Origin: Giardia intestinalis | Lineage: Eukaryota | DNA: 64,000 bases | Strand: one strand, 5' to 3' | NCBI GenBank assembly: GCA_000002435.2 | Contig: CM018793.1 | In this document: in pieces, positions 51,983 to 62,780 of the stretch | How the letters are laid out: each line of letters starts with the position of its first letter | How positions within the stretch are numbered: the first letter of the stretch is position 1 | Position numbers and translations under genes: made by a program | Notes under the pieces: generated by a model | What the model was told of the DNA's origin: nothing | The model's input: the letters and a program-made list of their open reading frames with translations, nothing else | Database searches by the model: none

Positions 51983-53335
51983 GTGGAGGAGATTCAGCTC
52001 GATGGTTTGGATCAGCACGGTGTGGATGCTATTAAGCGTAGGCTGACCGCTCTTCTAGGCACCCTTCACCCAGACGTTCTCAAATACCACCAGGTGCTTA
52101 CAGACGGCAACGCGATCCTTGTTGTCACAGACCGCTGCTGTGGAGACCTCCGGCAGTTCATCACCGACTACAGGGACATTCACGAACCTATTCTCAGCAA
52201 GCTGGTCCTCTCCCTTCTGGGGCAGCTGGCTGGCGCCCTTGCCCACCTCCACGGGCTCAGCAGAGGTGCCCACAGCGGCTTGCCCTCTAGCGTTGTCCTC
52301 GAGCCCGACAACATCATGTTCGCTGGGGACAGGCGACGTGTCGTCCTTGGAGACTTCGGGTTCTGCAAGGGCATATTGAGTGGAGCTGCGAAGGCCGGCG
52401 ACCCCGCGTACATGGCCCCCGAGACACTCCTCTGCGGTGACATGACCCAAGCATCCGACGTCTGGAGCCTCGGGGCCATCGCATACGAGCTCGCCACCCT
52501 GAGGAAGCCGGACTTCCTAGAAGGTAAAGACCCAAAAGACGTCTTCGTTGACGGATGGAGGCCAGACCTGAGCGGTGTCGCAGACGACCTCGCAAGGAGC
52601 GTCCTTGAAGGAATGCTCGTCCTCGATCCTGCCGAGAGGCCGACAGCCAGAAGGCTTGTCCGTCTACTTCTGAGGCTTGACATCTCTGCTGATGAACAGG
52701 AGGCCCAAGACACAAGGCTAAAGGAGGCGCGCGCAGCCTTTGCAGACGCCTTGAATAGAGCCAACAACGAAACAGTAGCTCTTAGGAAGGACCCTCCTGA
52801 TCGAGCTACAAGAATGGACATCATCAGGGAGCAGTGTGCTATTGCCGCCAAGCTATTCAGGGAAATACAGGAGATTAAGGCAGAGATGGGCGAAACAGAC
52901 GAGCCAGACGAAAGGGAGGATTCAGAAGAGCCAGAGAAGAAGCACCTAATAGAGGAGGACGACTCCACCGACCTCATGAGGGCAGTCGATAGAAACGACG
53001 TGGAGGCCGTGAAGGCCCTCATACCACTCCAGGGGGGCACGAAGATGAAGGGATGCGCACTTGTAGGTGACTGGAAAATATACGAGGGAACTGCCCTGAT
53101 GAGAGCGGCGGTATATGGATACACAGAGATCGTGGGGCTGCTCGTGGAGAAAGAGAAGGGACTGAAAGATAGCAACGGATGGACGGCCCTCATGTGGGCT
53201 GTGAAGAACGATCACACAGATTGTGTCAGGCTCCTCATGAGAGAGAAGGACTTGAAGGGTTATAATGGAGGGACTGCCCTTGAAATGGCTAAGTTATGGA
53301 GAAACCATGAGATAGTCGCCCTCCTCTCAGAGTAA
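51983..53335 (+). CDS. NEK-like pseudokinase (lacks Gly-loop and HRD) + coiled coil + C-terminal ankyrin repeats
   Basis: Kinase C-lobe motifs are degenerate (LEPDNIMF instead of HRDLKPxN; DFGF; PAYMAPE), followed by ankyrin units (GTALMRAAVYGYTEIVGLL; NGWTALMWAVKNDHTDCVRLL). The beginning of the N-lobe (VFSPKKLHRRLGN…) is encoded in another frame at 51781-51982, so the N-lobe is frameshifted. Confidence 0.7.
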   Translation: MEEIQLDGLDQHGVDAIKRRLTALLGTLHPDVLKYHQVLTDGNAILVVTDRCCGDLRQFITDYRDIHEPILSKLVLSLLGQLAGALAHLHGLSRGAHSGLPSSVVLEPDNIMFAGDRRRVVLGDFGFCKGILSGAAKAGDPAYMAPETLLCGDMTQASDVWSLGAIAYELATLRKPDFLEGKDPKDVFVDGWRPDLSGVADDLARSVLEGMLVLDPAERPTARRLVRLLLRLDISADEQEAQDTRLKEARAAFADALNRANNETVALRKDPPDRATRMDIIREQCAIAAKLFREIQEIKAEMGETDEPDEREDSEEPEKKHLIEEDDSTDLMRAVDRNDVEAVKALIPLQGGTKMKGCALVGDWKIYEGTALMRAAVYGYTEIVGLLVEKEKGLKDSNGWTALMWAVKNDHTDCVRLLMREKDLKGYNGGTALEMAKLWRNHEIVALLSE

Positions 53336-53586
53336 ACGCCTTAAAGCCAATGGATTGAAGCGCCAGTGCCACATTTTACTGACCACCGAGAGACGGAAAA
53401 GTGCCGCCGCTCCCCTATAAAGCAGTCTAAGTAGCGCACCACAAGAACTAACCATATAGAGCGAACGTATCTCCACGGCTTGCCTGCTTCTGAGGACGCT
53501 TGGTGGCTCGTGGGAGCTGCTCAGACAACCTTATTTTTGCTTTGATGCATTGAGCAAGATGAGGGTGTAATAGTAGTTGACAACAA

Positions 53587-55154
53587 ATGAAGGCAGGTCT
53601 CTCGTTCGTTCACCGCCCGGCATCTGAGACAAGAACTCGAGCTCGGGGGTCGCCCACCTCTAGAGAAGAACCTTGTGCTTCCTCCCTAGGGGGCCGTTGT
53701 TGCCCTGGGGTGCGTTCCTCTGGCCAACCTGGGCCAGCTGCTCCCCCGTATCCGATGGGCACCCGCTACCCCAGGGCCACGCAGCTCACCTTCCGCCTCA
53801 TCGAAGCTGGTCTGCCACCTGCCGGCCGAGCAATTCGTACCCCGTACAAGTCCTCCCCGCGGCAAGTGGACCCCGCCCGTTCGCCGCCCCAAGCCCAGAG
53901 TCCGGTATTCGGGTCAGAACGTCGGCCGAGTCCGGGGGAGAAGAGCCAGGCCGTGCACGCCAGCTCCGGCATCAACCGGAACGCCCTCCAGACCAGCCGA
54001 GGAACTAAGGCGCAATCTCTGCCGCCCAGTAGCACGACCGAGGCCGCGGTGTTGGGCGGACGACAGCACCAGAGCGCCCAGCTCGTCCAGGGCACTGCGA
54101 AGCGCCGCCCCTCGCAGGGGACACGCTCCGACGCCAGGAGAACGAGGGCCGCGGGCACTCATGAGCGCGCTTCCGGTGCTCCAGGTCCGGCCCGGGCCTC
54201 AGGAGCCCACTGAGACGGGGCGGTGGCACCGGGTGAACGTTGAACTAGTAGGAGCGGAAGAGCACGTGCCCGTCCTGCAGGAAAACCCTCCGCGATGAGG
54301 CCGTCCAGACGTATGCAGCACAGACACCGGATGTAGGGCGCTGCTGAGTGGAGTAATAGGAATAGAGAAGGACACCCCCCTCAGCACCCGTCGTGCGAAC
54401 GTGCTCAGGGGAGGGTACCTAACACCCCGCAGAGCCCCAGGTGAGAGCCGAGGAGACGTGCCTCGCTCACACAGCGGGGAAGCGGAGGAGCGGCATTCAC
54501 CACCCCACTGCCCGGCCTGCAGCCTCTGCCTCGCCTCGAGGGGGAGCTGCACCCTGACAGCGCCACCGACGACCAGCACCTTGCTATCCAGAGGGCCGGA
54601 TCAGGACGGCCTGGCCCCTGAGAGACAAGAGCCCCCTCAGCCATCGGAGAGCACGGACGGCCAGTCCACGGGGCTCGAAGTCTCCGGGCCTGCGCTGGCG
54701 AGTCCATCCGGGTGCAGGCCTTCAACGAGATCCTCGGCGCGATCCATAGGATGGGATGCGTGCTCTGTACGGTTCCGCCTGGCCCTTCCCCAAGAATGGG
54801 ACAGGACAAGCACGATCAACGGACGATCATGATTCGCTCCACAACACAGTTCCAAGGAGCTGCGTCGAGGCCTTCCTCCGGCTGCGACACGCTGCACTCC
54901 TGGACTCGGTCCCTCGGGGCCCTGCGCATGCCCCCATACTGCGTGGTACAGAACCTGCTCACCAGGAACTGAGGAGATACCTCGCTCACTGCCTTGCCGA
55001 CGACACATCCATCTTCCATAGTAGCAACAGTGATGCGACGGGGATAGCCACAGAGGCGACAGGCCTAGGAAATGCTATGGCTCGACGATCAGCACTGGGT
55101 GTAGGAGTACGGAGGGACAGGAGGCCTCTCTCCTGGCCGGGCTCGAAGGAGCCC
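53587..55154. other. GC-rich, T-depleted (plus-strand) non-coding island 3' of HCMP-2
   Basis: 1.5 kb with overlapping ORFs of 60-210 aa in all six frames and no coherent coding frame. The plus strand is strongly depleted in T. Confidence 0.4.
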
Positions 55155-55291
55155 CCAAGGCAACGGAGAGCCAAAGCTAGTGATGGCACTAATCACTCGC
55201 CGTGCTGGTTGAGACGGACCCACACGTGACCTATGTGAATCCCTCGACGAGCAAGTTGGGGCCCCTGGGGTGCTTGGCTGACAGAGGCGGA
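55155..55291 (+). repeat. Dispersed repeat, copy 2 (same family as 14279-14448)
   Basis: Shares the exact 31-mer ggacccacacgtgacctatgtgaatccctcg and the flanking blocks ccaaggcaa…atcactcgccg… and …tgcttggctgacagaggcgga with copy 1. Confidence 0.65.
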
Positions 55292-55594
55292 CGAGTCCTG
55301 GCTGCCCACAACCAGCCGGCGGAAGGGGAGGTCCTAGAAGGCCCTGCGAGAAGCACAGCAGCTCCCAAGAGGATAGGGCAAACCTTCTTCTTCTCCCACG
55401 GGGATCTAGGACATCCGGCTCTCGGGTCTCGGACGGTGAGCGGGAGGTCCACTCAGAGCGATGGCTCGCATGGAGAGATTTACTTAGATAGCAGCCTTAG
55501 TGATACTCAGTTAGCCATTTAAAATATCAAACAAAATACCACATGGTGAAAGCTAATAAAGGACACAGCTGTAGTTTCTAGCGCAGTTACTATT

Positions 55595-58069
55595 TTAATG
55601 GGTGCTTGCAACGATAGACTGCTTGTAGAGCAGTGGAACTCCGGCCTTCTTTCGGAAAACGAAAAACCAAACCAGCACAGCCGCCACACCGCCGACGACG
55701 AGGACCACGCCGATGGCGATGCCAGAGATAGCACTAGACGAGAGGGCGGACTTTTTAGAGGTGTTATCGTACTCCAGACATATGGGCTTGACTGCGCCCT
55801 CTGGAACCACGCAGAGGCTGCACTTGGAGATCGCCTTGTGACACGCCTTGCACGTGCTCTCGGAGAAGTAGTACCCGGCCAGGCAGTCGAAGCATGCCTC
55901 CCCATGAGGACAGGTGGCGCAGCCCTTGGAGCACGCCTTGCACGCCCCCTTCTCCAGGTAGAACCCGCTGTTGCAGGCGCTACAGGCTCCACCGCTACAC
56001 ATTGCACAGTTCGTCGGGCATGTAAGGAGCGTTCCGTTGTACGTTATCCCGTACCCGGCCACGGTGCTGTCACACCAGCCGTCGCTCGCCTTCGTGCAGA
56101 CAGTCTTCCCGGGGAGGAGCGTGGAGGTGTAGCACCCCCCGTTGAGCCTGAAGGAGTTCGAGCTGCAAACAACACACCTACCGGCGGCGACATTCGCGCA
56201 CGCGATGCCAGCCGCCCGCGAGCTGGAGGAGGTGCACGCCCCGTTGTTGGGGTACTCCGTGCTCTTGACGCAGCGCGAGCAGTAGCTGGTCCCGCCCACC
56301 GTGAGCCCGCACTCTGCACAGCTGCTGTCCTGCACGCACTGCGGGACGCACGATCCCTTGGCACCGTCGCTGTACTGCAGCCGCCTCTTGGCAGGGCAGG
56401 AGGTGCAGTCGCCGGATGCCGGTCCGCTGCACGTGGCGCACTCAGAGCTGCACGGCTTGCATCCTCCCGAGCCCTCGACGTAGAGCCCGTCCCTGCATGC
56501 CTTGCACTTGGATTCCGACTCGCAGACTGCGCAGTTGCCGAGCGTGCACGCCACGCACCTCGAGACGCCGCCCACGGTGGCCTTGTAGTACCCGGCGGAG
56601 CCCAGGCAGTCCTTCACGCACAGACCGTGGGGGTCGAGGCTGTTGCCATCGGTACACTTTGTGCACACGTCTCTGTCCTCGCACGTGTCGCAGTTGGGGT
56701 CCTTGCACTTGGTCGCCACGCACTGACTATCGGAGAGTGTGTAGCCATACTTGCACTTCTTACAGCTCGATTCATCACACTCAGCGCAGTTCTCCACCGC
56801 GCACCCGACACACTTCCCGTCCTTCAGATAGGACTCGTCATCGCATGCGCAGCTGTGGACCGAGGATGAGGACTCCTGCACGCCCTTCTGCCCCTTGGGA
56901 CAGCTGGCCAGGCAGCTCCTCTTATCCAGGCTCAGGTAGAGGTCGCGGCACTCCAGACACTGAAGACTACTGTCCTTCATCTCACACCTTTGACATCCCT
57001 CTATTCCCCCGTTGGCTGAGTCCCCGCAGCGCCAGCATCCGTTGTTCTTGGTGAACACCTCTTTGGTTGAGCTGTTACATGCGGTACAAACGTTTTCTTT
57101 CACTGCTTGACAAATCTGAGATTCTATTTGATCCGAAACATCTTTAAATAAGTAGCATCCACCATAAAACAAGAAATATTGCCTGTTGCCCTCATTCTTA
57201 CAAGATGTACACCTTCCCGATTCAGGATCCTTTACGCAAATGTCTTCAAACCCAGTTATTGATAGACAGAGGCCATTCAGAGGAATCTCTGATGGGTTGG
57301 TGCAGCGAGAGCATAGGGATTGCCCAGACATCTCCATGATATTCTCCGGTAGACAGATGCTGTTGCTTATTGGAGTATCTCTGGCATAACAAGCATAAAA
57401 GCTCCAAATGTGTGTTTCGGGACAGTATCCACAAAGACCATTGCTTGCACCTTCAGTGATGTGCTTACATCGATAATCATACGAGCATGTATTTTTGTGG
57501 TCTGAACATTGGTAGCAATTTGGGACCACTTCTTGCTTTATCCTTGAAGAGTTACAAACTAGACACCCATATATCCCACTATATCCACCAAAGCCCACAG
57601 TGTCTCCGCATGAGATGCATCGCTCGGGAGTGCTAGTGCTGGGATTGGTGAAGGCTACAGATGGCTGCGTTTCGTTTGTTTTTGCACATTCTACACAGAT
57701 CCCCTTTTCTGCTCGTTCACAAATGAACTTTGTCCAGTCTTGAGATAAATTATAGCACCCACCATAAAAAACAAAGTGGTCATCGCCGCACTTAGTGCAC
57801 CATCCGCCTGTTTGAGATTTAGCACAGCCAGACCGAGTAGCCTTGGAATCTCCAGCCAGAACACACTTGCCATCAATCGGTACGTATCCAGACTCGCATT
57901 CTGTACAAAGAAATCGCGAGGTTACACCCAATATGCAACTATTTGGAAGGCAATTTGGTATTTTACCTTCGCAGAAGTATCCAAACCCATTGCGATATAT
58001 AGGTGCCTCCTCAGAGAAGAACTCTGCCAGAAGACAAACCAATAGCAGAACTGATAAAGATCGTGACAT
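55595..58069 (-). CDS. High-cysteine membrane protein (HCMP), 824 aa
   Basis: Signal peptide MSRSLSVLLLVCLLAEF, more than 90 Cys in CxxC/CxC arrays, one C-terminal TM (IGVVLVVGGVAAVLVWFFVF) and a short tail without CRGKA. The GC-rich coding strand produces long spurious antisense ORFs. Confidence 0.85.
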   Translation of the reverse strand: MSRSLSVLLLVCLLAEFFSEEAPIYRNGFGYFCEGKIPNCLPNSCILGVTSRFLCTECESGYVPIDGKCVLAGDSKATRSGCAKSQTGGWCTKCGDDHFVFYGGCYNLSQDWTKFICERAEKGICVECAKTNETQPSVAFTNPSTSTPERCISCGDTVGFGGYSGIYGCLVCNSSRIKQEVVPNCYQCSDHKNTCSYDYRCKHITEGASNGLCGYCPETHIWSFYACYARDTPISNSICLPENIMEMSGQSLCSRCTNPSEIPLNGLCLSITGFEDICVKDPESGRCTSCKNEGNRQYFLFYGGCYLFKDVSDQIESQICQAVKENVCTACNSSTKEVFTKNNGCWRCGDSANGGIEGCQRCEMKDSSLQCLECRDLYLSLDKRSCLASCPKGQKGVQESSSSVHSCACDDESYLKDGKCVGCAVENCAECDESSCKKCKYGYTLSDSQCVATKCKDPNCDTCEDRDVCTKCTDGNSLDPHGLCVKDCLGSAGYYKATVGGVSRCVACTLGNCAVCESESKCKACRDGLYVEGSGGCKPCSSECATCSGPASGDCTSCPAKRRLQYSDGAKGSCVPQCVQDSSCAECGLTVGGTSYCSRCVKSTEYPNNGACTSSSSRAAGIACANVAAGRCVVCSSNSFRLNGGCYTSTLLPGKTVCTKASDGWCDSTVAGYGITYNGTLLTCPTNCAMCSGGACSACNSGFYLEKGACKACSKGCATCPHGEACFDCLAGYYFSESTCKACHKAISKCSLCVVPEGAVKPICLEYDNTSKKSALSSSAISGIAIGVVLVVGGVAAVLVWFFVFRKKAGVPLLYKQSIVASTH

Positions 58070-59296
58070 GCCGAGTGTTATTCTTTATCAAATACCTATA
58101 GAATTTACATGCAATGAAGTAAGCAGGCTGTTGGGAAACCAGTTTCAGGAACAAGGTTATTGAATCAGCCTCCCTCACGATCCCCGGAAGAAGAGCATGG
58201 GCGCGTTGTTTGTAGAAAAACTCACTCTACTTACACGAATTGCCTGGTTACACGACAGCCTAGGCAGTCTGTGTCTAGGCGCCACAACAAAAGACGTCAT
58301 TCTATTCTGCTTGTATTCATTGTTAAAGAGACTACTTACGCTACAGCATCGACATGTTGATGCCCTACCGCTCCCGCAAGGTCTACGGTGCAGAGGGTTC
58401 CTCAGTGGAGACGCACTGGACGAACGCGTCTAGCACATAATGTATCTCACCAAGGGCTCTTCAGCTTCATGAACACCATTTCGGGTCGTGAGTGGGCACC
58501 TGTGGGCAAGCTCTTAGGGAGTTGCATGGCTTCAAGTAGTTGTCCATTCTATGACCTGGACAAGTCACGCGCCAAGGGCCAGCACTAACACCTCTGATAA
58601 GTAGGGTGCTATGAGGATAGCACTCCAAGGTCCGCTGGATGTCTGGGAGCACCAGCTCGCCAGAAGGCATCATTTGCCAGCACAGGCTATCCAGGTCTTC
58701 TTTCCTGGAAGGGATCGTGGCCACGGGGCTGTGTCTTTCTGCCCACCGGTGCCTCATTGTCCACAAGGCCCTCAATGCTTGAAGCATCGAGCCCAGAAGA
58801 TGTCCAGTCAGCAGAGTGCTGGCCTCCGCAATGACCGTTCGAGACTCATCAGTGCAGATCCAGTGTCGGGAGGATCTTCACTCCTTCCAGAGGCACGGCA
58901 CATCCAGCGAATCGTCGTCTGAGGCCTTCCCTGCACCCACTCAACAGTCTCTGTAGAGGGGCCTGACACGTGACCCTCTGCAGGCTGTGCTGAGTGAGGG
59001 TGCTGCTATTGCGTGATGGCATGGTCCTCCTCTCTTTTACCTGTAGGTGAGGCAGCCGATCACTACCAGCCTTTTATACCCGCTGACGTGCACGGCACAG
59101 CAAGAAGATTGACTGCATGGCTACCGTACCTGCCTGTGAACCGGGCGTAGGCAGAGCAGGGTGTCGTGGTCCGGTGGTGCCCAGAAGCTATGCAGAGGCA
59201 ATGGGCCTTTGATAGAGATGGCCTCAGGTGGAGGCTCGGCCGCACAGATGGAAACAACTACCAATAGAATCCACCAATGACGCGTTTACTCCTAAG

Positions 59297-59700
59297 TCAC
59301 GCCTTCCCTCTGCAAATGAACTCTACAAGACCACTTGCAACAACGATCACAGCCACAGAAATACCTGTAATAGTACCAGTAGAAGCACGCTTCTGTTAAC
59401 ACTAAAAGACACGCACTTGTTATCATCATCTAGAACAAATCGTCGTTACACTCTGTACACGTATTGCCGAGACTCCGTCACACGTGTTAGTCTCAGAGTT
59501 TGGCGTTCCCTGAGGGCACGTGGCGTAGCAGTCGCCTCTGTAGAGGTAGGTGTTCCCCTGGCACACCCCGTCGATTGGGACGTGCGTGGCAGCGCACTTT
59601 GTGTAAAGCTCTTTAATGATACTATAATGTTTAATATCTAAGCAAATATCTTCAGCTGTACAATTTCCATAGCCAGGACATTCTTTTGAAGCTACTAAGA
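59297..59700 (-). pseudogene. VSP relic: Cys-rich fragment + in-frame stops + degenerate TM/CRGKA tail (CWWF deleted)
   Basis: The reverse complement of 59297-59393 encodes …STGTITGISVAVIVVASGLVEFICRGKA*. Upstream there are in-frame TAA/TGA stops, then a Cys-rich fragment …KCAATHVPIDGVCQGNTYLYRGDCYATCPQGT… with no start Met. A degenerate 3' block ACTTAGGAGTAAAC follows. Confidence 0.65.
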
Positions 59701-60701
59701 CTAACTCACAACGTATTGAAACGATTGAGTAAACATTTTTCCTACTGGTTCTTAAGTACTTATCGTAAAAAAGCCTCGCTAACTTGAGTTCTAGATCACA
59801 ACAATTGATAAGTGAAGAAGCTCTTATAAATCATAGCACAATCCTAAAGTCCGATATTTAGGATTGCTTCGCACACACCACCTTACTACAATCACAAGTA
59901 ACAACAAAAGCTGAGAGAACTGATACGTCAGTACCATCCGATAATGTAGCTGGCAATAAATTACTTTAGTGTAACTATAATAAAATGCCTTTGATAAGAT
60001 TGTTTAACAAAAGGTAGCCATAATGAATATATAAATGCTAGATTCATGAACCTCCTGACGTTGAGCATTAGGCAGTGTAATGCTACCAAAGTATGTAGGC
60101 AAATAAAAAGCATAGTAAACTCTATAAGTGGTATTGACTTTTCTTTTAAGATGGTTCATGTGGACCCAGTGGCAGAGGCAGCTGCGATAGCATGAGTAGC
60201 TATACTTTGGCTAACAATTACATATGGTGATGATACGTGAATCAGCACCGTTGCACTGTCAATTCTAAAAGATCTGTCCGATAGACGCTGTATCATAGTA
60301 AGCAAAAGATTGCCATGACGGACAGTAAGTAAACAGCTATAAAATAGATGATTGAGGTCCAGAATACTGAGCTGTATAGACAAAATTCATGGGGAATGTC
60401 TGCAGAATCTTTACAGAGCAACTGCACGGTACAAACGAATACGCATATCTGAGAGCTGTCTCTACAGTAGGAGTGAAAGTGTTATAAAGATCCTTCTTGT
60501 GATGGTAGCGACAGTGTAAGCATAGATACTACTTCAGAGTGTCTGGTGACGATTAAGGAAGATCGAGTAGGAGGATCCGATGCAGGGAATTGATCTGCAT
60601 TCTCTACTCATTAGAACCTGCTCTACTAGGGCATACAGCCAGACTCCATGGCTACTGAGAGAAGACGATCCTCAAGAACATAACGATTTCTTTTTGTTTA
60701 A

Positions 60702-62762
60702 ATGGATATCGAGGGTCTGAAGCAGATGTTTAGGGTCTGGGGTCTGTTTGAAGAGCAAATAGAGGCAATTCTGATGGCGCAGCGAACCGAAACTGACGTA
60801 CTGACAGCATGCTATGCTGTCTGTCACTCGATTTTTACCACCACATCTCAAGACCTTTTGGCGCAGCCATTCGAAAAGACTGTACTAAAGAATTCTGCCT
60901 TGTTGTCCACAGTGGGGACTAGTATGCGGCTCTTCACAATCGCATCAAAGGACATGTATGGCTTCACCACTAAAGCCATGCCTCAGAGCCTTATTTCTAG
61001 ATTGTCTCCAGAGAAGTACCTCCCATGCGAACTAGGCACAGGCACTAGTACGATCTCCTCCCATCCCCTTTCCGTTGATGACCTTTCCATCTTTTCAATC
61101 GTGGACGGAAAAGTATCAGCGCTTGACCTATCGCATGGAAACCGTGTTTCCCTCTCATTTGAATTTGCTTGCCTTGGAGAGATATATGCAGACGTAGAGC
61201 ATATTGATTTTAGTTTTAATCCCCGTCTTACGGCAGAGAAGATCTCACAGTTTTTATCCATACATGTATTTAAGCGTCTTAAATCCGTGAGAATGATAGG
61301 AACAGATCATAACTTTCGATCTAACGAAGAAGCTCTGGACACAATGCGTCATTGGGACGGTTGTTCAAGACTTGAACAAGTTATCATATTCGATCCTGTT
61401 TTGGGAAGAAAGTATCTCACGCTAACTTTTTCAGACTTGAAAGATACCATTAAAGGATGTGTAGAGAAAGAGACAGAGCCGCTTGTTGTGGACACTGTTG
61501 TGTTTTTGGCCTCAGATATCTCTGCTTTTGAATTGCTATGTTTGGAAACGCCTCAGTTTCTTGCCAATCTTAAACACATATATATTGAGCTCCCTGAGGA
61601 TTATGCATTTGAGAGACTATTTCACATCAAGCCTCAGATAAAGACAATAAATGGAGTTCCCATCTTTAATCACATTGTTTCAGAATTAGCGCTGACGACT
61701 CACGATTCTGCAATAAGGGCCCAGATGATACAGTTGGTAATTGACAAGTTCTATGAGACTTGTAGGCCCATTGCTGTAGATTATGAAGGGGACTGTTATA
61801 GCAAGTCAGGTAGCTATATTTTTGACCCTAACAAAGATTACTTTGCATGCTCACTGTTTCCAAGTCCCCTCACCAACCCCAAGCTGGACTACCACACCTC
61901 CGAAGATTTCTTACATGCACCACTTAATTCCTCTGCATTAATCACCCTCTCTCAATCCTCAAACATTGCCTTCATTTGGGGTAGGCAGCAGCCATTAGAG
62001 ACGTCTCCTAGATATCGCATCACACTTCTTCAATCAAACACTGTGGACAGCAGCGACAACAATTTGGTGCTTGCGCTTAAATCTGGCTTTCCACTCTGCA
62101 GAACAACTTCGTGCCCCAGTGAAACTTTGAAATTGTCTGTGCATGCAGATGCAGATGCAACCAACTGGAGCATCCTTCCTGCTTTCCGTGTCGCCCTCCT
62201 CTCTTCCATTATTGCTAATCTTCCATACACTCCATATGTCTTCGAGTCCACCTGCACGGGAATAGCCATGTGCGCTTATTGGATAAATAACATGCGCAAG
62301 AGATTTGAGAATAGCACATTTGTAGGATATCTTCCATCTATCAACAGCGTAGTTTATGGTGTGCCGCCTATTCTTTGTTACCTCTTGATGCGCTCTGTCA
62401 AGGACGTCATCTTATTAGTTCTCCCTACTACCACCACTACAGGACATGAAGTGTATCTCTACGATTGCGTCACAGAGGTCCATATTGTCGATGAGGTCGT
62501 TACCGGATTTAGTATTAAAGATCTGCGAAGGAGAAGCTTCCAGTACCATAATGTAGTAGTCAACCCCTCCACAGCATTGCCTACTAGTGCAGATAATCCC
62601 CCGTTTAACCTAATGACCGTTATTGAGCAGTCTTTAGAGCTTATCGATCTAAGAGGATTTGCCGAGAAGAAGAGCATCCTTAAGATCAAGACATATATAG
62701 TTCCCACACTTGATCGAGACAGTAACTGTAGCTACTACAGCGTACTCTCTGACATTTTGTAG
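60702..62762 (+). CDS. Hypothetical protein, 686 aa
   Basis: Long ORF after a roughly 1-kb AT-rich non-coding stretch; no diagnostic motif recognised. Confidence 0.65.
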   Translation: MDIEGLKQMFRVWGLFEEQIEAILMAQRTETDVLTACYAVCHSIFTTTSQDLLAQPFEKTVLKNSALLSTVGTSMRLFTIASKDMYGFTTKAMPQSLISRLSPEKYLPCELGTGTSTISSHPLSVDDLSIFSIVDGKVSALDLSHGNRVSLSFEFACLGEIYADVEHIDFSFNPRLTAEKISQFLSIHVFKRLKSVRMIGTDHNFRSNEEALDTMRHWDGCSRLEQVIIFDPVLGRKYLTLTFSDLKDTIKGCVEKETEPLVVDTVVFLASDISAFELLCLETPQFLANLKHIYIELPEDYAFERLFHIKPQIKTINGVPIFNHIVSELALTTHDSAIRAQMIQLVIDKFYETCRPIAVDYEGDCYSKSGSYIFDPNKDYFACSLFPSPLTNPKLDYHTSEDFLHAPLNSSALITLSQSSNIAFIWGRQQPLETSPRYRITLLQSNTVDSSDNNLVLALKSGFPLCRTTSCPSETLKLSVHADADATNWSILPAFRVALLSSIIANLPYTPYVFESTCTGIAMCAYWINNMRKRFENSTFVGYLPSINSVVYGVPPILCYLLMRSVKDVILLVLPTTTTTGHEVYLYDCVTEVHIVDEVVTGFSIKDLRRRSFQYHNVVVNPSTALPTSADNPPFNLMTVIEQSLELIDLRGFAEKKSILKIKTYIVPTLDRDSNCSYYSVLSDIL

Positions 62763-62780
62763 ACCCCTTGTTGAAAAATA

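Noticed and set aside
52180-53193. 337-aa minus-strand Ser-rich ORF antisense to the NEK-ankyrin gene
   Set aside because: Low-complexity antisense ORF. The plus-strand reading carries clear kinase and ankyrin motifs.
55598-56869. 423-aa plus-strand ORF (Ala/Arg/Gly-rich) plus several 60-210-aa ORFs overlapping HCMP-2
   Set aside because: They are antisense to a GC-rich Cys-codon-dense gene, whose TGC codons give GCA on the other strand. Low stop frequency in GC-rich sequence creates long spurious ORFs, and the minus-strand HCMP reading is the coherent one.
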